Positions 1-9,342 of a stretch of 34,511 bases of DNA are shown one piece after another. Source of the stretch: Rhodothermales bacterium. Lineage in GTDB: Bacteria; Bacteroidota; Rhodothermia; Rhodothermales; UBA10348. Position 1 is the stretch's first letter; each line of letters opens with the position of its first letter. The stretch lies in contig JABDJZ010000367.1 of NCBI GenBank assembly GCA_013003255.1, positions 1 to 34,511 of the forward strand, in the 5' to 3' direction. The notes under the pieces were generated by a model. The model made no database searches. It saw nothing but the letters and a program-made list of their open reading frames with translations, and was not told where the DNA came from. Position numbers and translations under genes: made by a program.

Positions 1-2021
<2,021 letters not shown>

Positions 2022-2022
<1 letters not shown>

Positions 2023-2795
2023 TGGCCGCGCCGATTACCGTCGAACCGCTCGATGTCCTGGCATTCGGTGCCCATCCGGATGACGTGGAGCTGTGTGTAG
2101 GCGGGACGGTGGCGCTGCTGGTGAAACAGGGGTACCGGGTAGGCATCGTGGATCTCACCCGCGGCGAGTTGGGATCGCGCGGGTCCGTGGACCTCAGGGC
2201 CAAGGAAGCGGCCGATGCCGCGCGCATCCTGGGTGTGCACGCCCGCGAGAACCTGGGATTCCCGGACGGCGACATCGCGAATACCGTCGAGAACCGCTGG
2301 CGCGTGGCCCGCGCGATTCGGAAGTACCGGCCGCATATCGTGCTCATCGGTGCGCCGGACTGCCGGCACCCGGATCACCCGGCAGGAGCCCAACTGGTGG
2401 CCGACGCCATCTTCCAGGCCGGTCTGGTCAAGATTACGTCCCAGGAGTTCGGACAGGATCAGGAGCCGTGGCGCCCCAGCCATGTGCTCCACTACATGCA
2501 GTCCATCGACTTCATCCCCGACTTCGTGGTGGATGTGGGCGAGGTATGGGAGCAGCGGACCAGGGCGCTTCTGGCCTATTCGTCCCAGTTCCACTCACCG
2601 GACTACACCCCCGGCGAAGATGAGCCGGAGACCTTCATCTCCAACCCCGGATTCCTGAAGTTCATCGAGTCACGTGCTGTGGCGTTGGGCTACCGGATTG
2701 GGGCTACGCATGGAGAGGGATTGCTCTACCGGCACGGGCCGGTGGGCGTGTCGGACCTGATGGACGTGCTCAAGCGGGGGCGGTCGGTCCGGTAG
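2022..2795 (+). CDS. bshB1: LmbE/PIG-L family N-acetylglucosaminyl deacetylase, BshB1-like (bacillithiol biosynthesis)
   Basis: MAAPITVEPLDVLAFGAHPDDVELCVGG, DLTRGELGSRG and CRHPDHPAG are LmbE/BshB1 signatures. The ATG at 2022 shares one base with the leuS stop (TGATG). The upstream extension of the ORF to 1755 overlaps leuS and is arginine-rich. Confidence 0.8.
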
Positions 2796-2876
2796 TTCTG
2801 CTGCGCCCGCGCGGTGGGGCCGCCAGGCGGCGCGGCCCGGGCTGCGCGCCCGTGAGGCCTCTGCCCGAAACCCCCA

Positions 2877-2918
2877 AAAAATGAGACGTCCTGCAGCTCT
2901 AAGAACTACAGGACGCCT
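2877..2918 (-). terminator. Candidate intrinsic terminator of the minus-strand polysaccharide operon
   Basis: 2884-2893 pairs with 2909-2918 (10 positions, one mismatch), with two more possible pairs inside the loop. On the minus strand the stem is followed by CA + T5 (A-run 2877-2881 on +). It lies ~70-115 nt downstream of the stop at 2990. Confidence 0.45.
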
Positions 2919-2929
2919 CTCCCCGACGC

Positions 2930-2979
2930 ACACGTCCCGGTTGCGAGGGACGTGTATTCGATGCCGCCTCGCAGGCGGC
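2930..2979. terminator. Two further GC-rich hairpins in the convergent intergenic region
   Basis: ACACGTCCC (2930-2938) pairs with GGGACGTGT (2947-2955), 9 bp with an 8-nt loop. GCCGCCT (2963-2969) pairs with AGGCGGC (2973-2979), 7 bp with a 3-nt loop. Neither has a clear U-tract, so their function is uncertain. Confidence 0.25.
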
Positions 2980-2989
2980 TAAAACTTGG

Positions 2990-4870
2990 TTAGAACAGGT
3001 TCAGTGTCACGCGGCTTGTTCCGGTTGGTACACGGTCAAGGACGAGCAGGTAGGTCCCCTCGATGTCGCCGGCAACCAGGTCACCGGTCAGATCGCCTTC
3101 AAGAGAATCGAAGCCGACATCGCCCAGACTCAGTTCGAGCGTCAGTCCGGAGACAGCCTCCCGGCTCTGGTTGTTCAGTTCGATCGAGAAGCGATCGCCC
3201 TCGGACTCCACGACATCCACGGAGACGGCGTTGCGGAGCGTCCACCAGCGAAGCACTTCGTTTACTGTGGCCATCCAGGTGCCGCGCTCCTGAGCGAGCC
3301 CGATGACCTCGCGGAGTTCGCCGGTCCTGGCTGATCCAGCGCGCTCGGATTCGGGATGGAAAGGAAGGATGTAGACACCACCGGCACGCTCCACCTCGTG
3401 GAACCGGGTCACGAAGTCGGTCACCCCTGGATCCAGCGGCATCAGAATCGCCGGGTTCGGAGCTACCGCCTCGCGCTGAGGCTCACGGGCCTGGCGACGA
3501 CGGGAGCGAAGGAATGCAAGATCGACCTGCTCGGTGGCGGAAGCCTGAAGGGCGCGGTAGTCCACGTCCTCCCACCAGCGCACCGCGGTAGGAGCCAGGC
3601 TTTGGCCGTTGGGCAGCAAGACGTAGTTGTACCCGCCCTCGACCGCCGCACGCAGCGTGTTGCCGTCGTGGTAGCCACCCGGCGGATAGAGTCCCACCTG
3701 GGTGCCACCCAGCGAGCCGCTGGCGCGGGCAATCCTTCCGGCCTGTACCTCAAGAGGCTGTCCAAGCAATACGTTGTCTGATTCGGCTGCGATGGCCACT
3801 TCACCCAGTTGGCCCATCGTGGCTACGAGATCCGGAAATCCGAGAGCCTCGTCCGTTGTGACGAAGAAGGTTGCCGGGACCCGGTGGGTCTGAAGAAGAC
3901 TGAGGAATTCTTCCCATCCGGACATGTAGCTGAGCGGAGCCATACCGACCGTGGGCAGGGCTGCCACTGCCACGGCAGATCGCGCCAGTTCCGGCCAGGG
4001 GCGAACGGAAACGCTCCGGGCTCCGGTAAGGTGCGCCATGGCGTTGGCCATCATGCGCTGATACGCGGCTTGATGAGTGCGCTCACGGGACACGTCCTGC
4101 GGACCGAAGCGCGTCCAGAGTACAGCGCCGTCCCCAACCCTGTTGAACATCATCAGGGTCAGGTCCGCCATCAGACGGTCATCGCGACCGCTGTAGGAAT
4201 ACGGGGTGCCCAGGGCCATTCCAGTGACTGGACGGGCAGCCGTCAGCTGCGGAATGGCCGCAAGATTGAGTCGAAAACCCGGCGGGACGCCCTGGCCGAC
4301 CGGCGTTGCCGCGTCGACGCTGTGAAGCAGTCCAAATGGCTGATCCGGAATGCGGGTTACGAGTTCGGCACCCACCAGCTCGGCAAAGAAGGAGTTGTCC
4401 GCATCACGGCCACGCTCGTCGTAGCGTCCCATCGATCCGGTAGCAATTACGGAGCCGCCGCGATCCACGAAGCGAAGGATTGATTTCCGCTGCCGTCCCG
4501 AGAGGGCATCGGAGGAGGGCATGATCAGCAGGTCATAGTCCTTGTGGCTCAGGTCCTTGGCTACCTCCGAGTCGCTGACCGTCATGTAGGGGACCTGAAG
4601 TCCGAGGAGGAACACCTCCCAGTAGTAGACGGCATCCCGGACACGGGAAGTCTCAAGGGTCGAGAGGCCACGGGCCTGGTCGGAGACCATGAGCGCCACG
4701 CGCGGCTCATCGCTGTCCCACAGTCCGCCCACCGTGTGGCTCACGCCCGGGGAGGGCTTGGCCAGGGTCAGGGTGGCGTCCACGGCCTGCGCGCCTGCGG
4801 ACAGGGGCAGCCCCAGGGCAAACACGAGGGCTAGAGCCAGGAGTCGCACGCTATGTTTGATCTCGTTCAT
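2990..4870 (-). CDS. Secreted protein: signal peptide + GATase1/ABC_transp_aux-like domain + NodB-fold (polysaccharide-deacetylase-like, motifs degenerate) + C-terminal beta-sandwich; paralog of 4875-7181
   Basis: Preferred start is ATG 4870 (MNEIKHSVRLLALALVFALGLPLSAGAQA, a signal peptide), 4 nt after the upstream stop. The ORF-track start at 4912 would overlap the upstream gene by 38 nt. DYDLLIMPSSDALSGRQRKSILRFVDRGGSVIATG resembles a GATase1-like strand-loop. RVPATFFVTTDE ... LYPPGGY ... ILPFHPE ... TVNEVLRWW resembles a NodB/CE4 fold. Confidence 0.7.
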   Translation of the reverse strand: MNEIKHSVRLLALALVFALGLPLSAGAQAVDATLTLAKPSPGVSHTVGGLWDSDEPRVALMVSDQARGLSTLETSRVRDAVYYWEVFLLGLQVPYMTVSDSEVAKDLSHKDYDLLIMPSSDALSGRQRKSILRFVDRGGSVIATGSMGRYDERGRDADNSFFAELVGAELVTRIPDQPFGLLHSVDAATPVGQGVPPGFRLNLAAIPQLTAARPVTGMALGTPYSYSGRDDRLMADLTLMMFNRVGDGAVLWTRFGPQDVSRERTHQAAYQRMMANAMAHLTGARSVSVRPWPELARSAVAVAALPTVGMAPLSYMSGWEEFLSLLQTHRVPATFFVTTDEALGFPDLVATMGQLGEVAIAAESDNVLLGQPLEVQAGRIARASGSLGGTQVGLYPPGGYHDGNTLRAAVEGGYNYVLLPNGQSLAPTAVRWWEDVDYRALQASATEQVDLAFLRSRRRQAREPQREAVAPNPAILMPLDPGVTDFVTRFHEVERAGGVYILPFHPESERAGSARTGELREVIGLAQERGTWMATVNEVLRWWTLRNAVSVDVVESEGDRFSIELNNQSREAVSGLTLELSLGDVGFDSLEGDLTGDLVAGDIEGTYLLVLDRVPTGTSRVTLNLF

Positions 4871-4874
4871 GTTC

Positions 4875-7181
4875 TTAGCGGTCGATGCGGAACGGATCGG
4901 TTTCCGGACCAATCAGGTCAATGTGGAAGATCCGGTACTGCTGCGGCTTGAGCTCATTGATGGGCATCACCAGGACAGTGCCGTTCTCGTGGAGTTCGTA
5001 GGGCGGGATGTCCTCCCCTTCGCCGAACACCTTGAAGATGTTGATGAGCTCCGGACGGATATTCACCGACTCGACAGGGCGCCCGAGGGCAATACTGATC
5101 GAGGCGTTTTCCGCGATGTTGCCGTTGTCATTTGAGACGCGGACAAAGATTCGGCTCGGTCCACGCTGCTCCACGTCGGCGTTCAGACCCTGGTGAAGCC
5201 TCCACCAGTGTGCCATCTCGTCGCCGGAGGCGTTCCAGAAGTTGCCAGACTTGAGGGTGCGGGCCACGCCGCGGATCACCGCGGGATTCTGCCCGAGCAG
5301 ATCACCCGAGTAGATCAGGTTGAACAAGCCACCTTCGTACTCTGCGCGTCGAATGCCGTCCTGGATCAGGCTGGAGGCCAGGTCCATGGAGATAGTGGCA
5401 TCGCCACCCAGAATGTCCTTGTCGCTCCGTGTGGTGACACCGATTCGAGTTAGTGACTCGAAGGGTTCACCCATCAGCTTGGGGGTGGTGCGCCGACCGA
5501 TGGAGTCGGGCAGGAAGTAGGTGTAGACGCCGGCGTCCACCAGTCCGCCCATGGTCTCGTTGCTGAGCATGCCGCGCTCGGTGGAGCGGTATCCGCGGAT
5601 GGGACGGCCGCCCACGAGCCCTTCGAGGGTGCTGCGCATACGCTGCAGGCGCTGTGCCTGGGTTGACGTGGATCCGTCGCTGCGAGTCCGCAGGGTGTCG
5701 TACACGCCCACGTCACCAACATCATACATCCGGGAGACCAGCGAGCTCAGCCCCTGCGAGTTCTCCGGCTGGACAAACCATGTGCCCGGGAAGTTCTCGG
5801 CCTCGAGGACGTCAACTGCAGATCCCAGGGCATCGACATTGTCTTCTGCCACGCCGGTGATCATGCCGCCGGCGGTATAGGGATAGGGCCAGTCGTGCAC
5901 CCAGATCACCGGTTTGCGGCGGAGGTAGTTCATCATGTTGGCGAACAGCTTGCCGAGCTGGCGCCAGTCCTCACGGTCTTCCGGACCAACGCCCATGGCG
6001 TTGCGCTGGAAGCCGAGGTACACAAAGCGTCCCTTGCCGTAGTTGCCGTAGGCCATGCCGGTGGTGTTTTCCACGGCATCGGTGCTCACGAGGTCATCCG
6101 TGGCAAAGTCGTACCAGAAGCCGCCGGACTGCGTCCGCTCGGGTTCGGTAACGCGGACCTTCACACCCGGATTGTAGACCTGGATCTTGACTCGGTATCC
6201 CGACGGCACGTTGGCCGTCATGGGCGTGTTGCCCCGAAGCGTAAAGCGACGGACACCGGCGTTGGTCCGCGGATACGGAATCTGTGCCGTGGGGTCCCCG
6301 CCAATCCACGTGAAGTACGTGACTTTGACGGCGTCCGTCATCGAGCGCTCACCGGCCGTATTGCGAAGCGGTGCGCGAACGATCTCGGCACGAGCGTAGT
6401 CGCGGGTCGGCGGGTTGGTGCCCAGGGTGTCGTTCCACTCGTAGGTACGGAGCGGCGGGAAGTCCGCGGCTCTGGCCTCGGTCCGCTGGGTCTCGCGGAA
6501 AAGAAAGTCCCGGGAACTAGTCCCATCAAAGGGATCGGAACTCTCGTTTTCTGCGAGATACTCGGGCAGGTAGATGCCAGGTGGCGTGTACCCGGGGAAG
6601 GTGTCGGTGTAGACGCGGTAGTTACCTACGCCACGCTCGACAAAGCCCTGGAATTCCACACCGAAAGCCTCTTCCACAAAGCTCCAACCGCGCCAGGATC
6701 CGTCGGGACGATACACGCCCGGGGTCCACGTGGCCAACACACTTCCACCGTCCTGCATGAACTCCTTGACCCGCTGGATCTGAACGTCCGACATGGCCCT
6801 TACGGAGGGCAAAATCAGCACGTCGTAGTCCTCGAGGGAGCCCTGTTCCAGATCCGTGTCACTGATGTCACGGAACGAGATCTGGCGTTCTTTCTCGATG
6901 AGAAACTCGCGCCAGCTGAGCAGGGTCTCGTCAACCCACGTGGTCGTGGTGTCGCGGAGGTTCAGCTCACGATGGACCCGCTTCGTGTAGTCACTCTGCA
7001 GGAGCGCCACACTGGGGTTGGCCGTTTCGCCGATCGCCATCGGTGAGGCATCCCGGATGCTGAAGGCGCCCAGGGCGGACTCCAGCAGGAGGATGTACAC
7101 CAGGATCGCGGCGGCGAGAGCCGTGACGCCGAGCGTCACAAACCAGAGCGTGTTGATCCTTTCGAGTCGAGGCAGTGCCAT
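4875..7181 (-). CDS. Membrane-anchored exported protein: N-terminal TM/signal anchor + GATase1-like domain (with large insertion) + NodB-fold (motifs degenerate) + C-terminal beta-sandwich; paralog of 2990-4870
   Basis: ATG at 7181. INTLWFVTLGVTALAAAILVYILLL is a TM helix. EDYDVLILPSVRAMSDVQIQRVKEFMQDGGSVLATW parallels the downstream paralog. FPGTWFVQPENS ... PIRGYRS ... ASGDEMAHWWRLH parallels ATFFVTTDE ... LYPPGGY ... VNEVLRWWTLR. Confidence 0.75.
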   Translation of the reverse strand: MALPRLERINTLWFVTLGVTALAAAILVYILLLESALGAFSIRDASPMAIGETANPSVALLQSDYTKRVHRELNLRDTTTTWVDETLLSWREFLIEKERQISFRDISDTDLEQGSLEDYDVLILPSVRAMSDVQIQRVKEFMQDGGSVLATWTPGVYRPDGSWRGWSFVEEAFGVEFQGFVERGVGNYRVYTDTFPGYTPPGIYLPEYLAENESSDPFDGTSSRDFLFRETQRTEARAADFPPLRTYEWNDTLGTNPPTRDYARAEIVRAPLRNTAGERSMTDAVKVTYFTWIGGDPTAQIPYPRTNAGVRRFTLRGNTPMTANVPSGYRVKIQVYNPGVKVRVTEPERTQSGGFWYDFATDDLVSTDAVENTTGMAYGNYGKGRFVYLGFQRNAMGVGPEDREDWRQLGKLFANMMNYLRRKPVIWVHDWPYPYTAGGMITGVAEDNVDALGSAVDVLEAENFPGTWFVQPENSQGLSSLVSRMYDVGDVGVYDTLRTRSDGSTSTQAQRLQRMRSTLEGLVGGRPIRGYRSTERGMLSNETMGGLVDAGVYTYFLPDSIGRRTTPKLMGEPFESLTRIGVTTRSDKDILGGDATISMDLASSLIQDGIRRAEYEGGLFNLIYSGDLLGQNPAVIRGVARTLKSGNFWNASGDEMAHWWRLHQGLNADVEQRGPSRIFVRVSNDNGNIAENASISIALGRPVESVNIRPELINIFKVFGEGEDIPPYELHENGTVLVMPINELKPQQYRIFHIDLIGPETDPFRIDR

Positions 7182-7225
7182 CGTTTCGGTGGTCGGGGTG
7201 GAGGTGGATTACGGAGAGGTTGGAC

Positions 7226-7657
7226 CTACAGCCAGGCGTAGCCTTCGTCCTGCTGGGACTGCTGCTGCTGCTGAGGCGGGGCCTGCTGAGCCTGCTGCTG
7301 CTGGACCTGCTCCTGCTGCGGGTTCACCGGCACAAAGCCTTCGTCGGTGTACTCCCAGAAGAGCGAGTTGGGATTCTGACCCTGCTGCGGGGCCTGCAGC
7401 TGCTGACGCTGTGCCTGCTGGCCAGGGGCCGGCTGGTACATCGACGCAGAAGCGGGAGCCGTCTGCTGGATCATGGGCTGCTGGCCTTGAGGAGCAACCA
7501 ACACGTGGGGCTCCTGCTGGAGGTAACCGGTGTGCTGCTGCGTCGTCCGGGCCTTGCCCTCACGAATCTTGTAAAGGATGTAGGCGGCCACTGCCAGAAT
7601 GAACGTGGCAATCGTTCCTACAAGGATGATTGTCGAGAGAATCGGGACTAGTTCCAT
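7226..7657 (-). CDS. Small single-pass membrane protein with glutamine-rich low-complexity tail
   Basis: Preferred ATG at 7657 (MELVPILSTIILVGTIATFILAVAAYILYKIREGKAR: one TM followed by positive charges, so the tail is predicted cytoplasmic). The ORF-track start at 7681 is a GTG. The tail has 35 Q in ~104 residues by my count and ends ...QQDEGYAWL. It is co-directional with the flanking operon genes. The + strand ORFs over the same CTG/CAG repeats read as poly-Leu/Ala-Pro shadows. Confidence 0.6.
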   Translation of the reverse strand: MELVPILSTIILVGTIATFILAVAAYILYKIREGKARTTQQHTGYLQQEPHVLVAPQGQQPMIQQTAPASASMYQPAPGQQAQRQQLQAPQQGQNPNSLFWEYTDEGFVPVNPQQEQVQQQQAQQAPPQQQQQSQQDEGYAWL

Positions 7658-7818
7658 GATGGTCGCGCCGTGGTGGCGCACTTAGGTTTCAATTCGCCTG
7701 AACAATCATCAAGCACTGTGCCCAAATCGGCGATGGCCCTTTTTGAGCCGTTTTGAGGGTTTTGTCTTCGATTTGCAGTCTCATTCTGCAACTGGAATCA
7801 AAATGAGATCGATGATCT

Positions 7819-9312
7819 CTATTGTTTGGACCCACTTCCGATGCGCTCCAGCTTGCCCCACGTCATACCAATGCCGAGGAATTCCTCGATGGTGGCGAAC
7901 GTCTTACAGACGTCAACGATGAGGATGAAGAAGAGCCGGTAGAAGAGTGAGTAGAAGACAAGGCGCGCTTCTTCCTTCTCCACGGCCACGCAGTACAGCG
8001 CGGCTATCAGGTCCAGAATGGTGAGACTGAGCCACCAGTAGACCAGGTAATAGCTCATGTCGAACACGAGCGCGATGAAAATGAAGTAGGCGTTCGCGAA
8101 GATGTTCATGATGGGCCAGATGAGGGCCTCGAAGGCCATCGACCACATCACAATCGTTCCACCGAAGTTGATGGTCGGATTGAAGAAGAGATCCTTGTGC
8201 TTGCGCACGGCCTGAATGATGCCGCGCGTCCAGCGGTACCGCTGCTTCAGCAGATCCACGATGGAATCCGGTGCCTCCGTATAGGACTTGGCATCCGGCT
8301 CGTACTCCACGCGCCAGCCGGCACGGATGATCTTGAGCGTGATGTCCGCGTCCTCAGCAAACGTGTCGGAGCTGTACCAGCCCGCGTCCACGATGGCCTG
8401 CTTGCGGAAGAGACCCAGCGGACCGGGAATGATGTTGACCAGCTTAACGATGGACTGCGCGGAGCGGGCCATATTGAGGCCTTCCACGTATTCCAGCGCC
8501 TGCAGTGTGGTCCACACGTTGTCGCGGTTGAGCACCTTGACATTGCCGGCGATAGCGCCGAGCCGGGGATCCACGAAGTGCCGGATGGTCTTTCTGAGGG
8601 TGTCCGGGGACAGCTGCGAGTCGCCATCCACGTTGAGGACGTAGTCGTGGCGCGACACCTGGATGCCCGCGTTCAGGGCCGTAGCCTTGCCGCCATTTGG
8701 CTTCTCCACCAGGCGGACTTCCACGGCGCCCTGCCGGTAGATGCCCACGAGTTCACGGGCAACGCCGCGGGTATCGTCCGTGGACCCGTCGTCCACCAGG
8801 AGTATTTCGTACTGCGGGTAGTCCATCTCGAGCAGGGAGGCCACGGTGGACTGTAGAAGTTTGCCCTCATTGAACGCCGGCACGATGATCGACACCGGCG
8901 GGAGGAAGTTGGGGTCATGCCCCTCCTCTATGGTGTGTTTCGTGGTGTTCAGGTACGCCATGTTCATCAGGCTCAGGTACCGGAACAGCAGAATCACCAG
9001 GAACAGCACCAGCGCGACGATCGAGGAGTACACGATCAGCCCGCTCCAGGAGAGCGACACCGGCTCATTGGTCCATCGCGTCAGGTATCCACCCGGATCC
9101 TCCATGAAGAACCAGATGATCCCGAACAGGATCAGTGAGAGGAATCCGTAGATGACAATGCGCCTGACGATGACCGCTTGGTCCTCGCGCGGCCCGACCA
9201 TCCCCTCATCAGAGCGGCGAACGGGCTGGAACTGCGTGCGGCTCAGAGATTCCTCTCTCTGGGCCGGGGGCGCAGATGCAGGCTGATTGTCAGTTTTCGT
9301 TTCGTCGGCCAT
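7819..9312 (-). CDS. Processive family-2 glycosyltransferase (PgaC/IcaA/NodC/BcsA-type membrane-embedded polysaccharide synthase)
   Basis: IIVPAFNE...LLVDDGSTDDT (UDP-binding D), NVDGDS (DxD), TFAEDAD (TED-like acceptor motif) and LKQRYRWTRG (Q-x-x-RW processivity motif). Two predicted TM helices lie before the catalytic domain and about three after it. There is a ~55-aa polar N-terminal extension and no PilZ or other fused sensor domain. Confidence 0.9.
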   Translation of the reverse strand: MADETKTDNQPASAPPAQREESLSRTQFQPVRRSDEGMVGPREDQAVIVRRIVIYGFLSLILFGIIWFFMEDPGGYLTRWTNEPVSLSWSGLIVYSSIVALVLFLVILLFRYLSLMNMAYLNTTKHTIEEGHDPNFLPPVSIIVPAFNEGKLLQSTVASLLEMDYPQYEILLVDDGSTDDTRGVARELVGIYRQGAVEVRLVEKPNGGKATALNAGIQVSRHDYVLNVDGDSQLSPDTLRKTIRHFVDPRLGAIAGNVKVLNRDNVWTTLQALEYVEGLNMARSAQSIVKLVNIIPGPLGLFRKQAIVDAGWYSSDTFAEDADITLKIIRAGWRVEYEPDAKSYTEAPDSIVDLLKQRYRWTRGIIQAVRKHKDLFFNPTINFGGTIVMWSMAFEALIWPIMNIFANAYFIFIALVFDMSYYLVYWWLSLTILDLIAALYCVAVEKEEARLVFYSLFYRLFFILIVDVCKTFATIEEFLGIGMTWGKLERIGSGSKQ

Positions 9313-9342
9313 CGTTATACCAGTTTGGCTGCCAGGACCACC

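Noticed and set aside
7250-7330. CTG/CAG trinucleotide runs, considered as a microsatellite, CRISPR-like repeat or phase-variation tract.
   Set aside because: The runs are short (at most five perfect units), in frame, and explained as Gln codons of the Q-rich protein. There is no repeat-spacer organisation. Slippage-based length variation remains possible but is not demonstrated.
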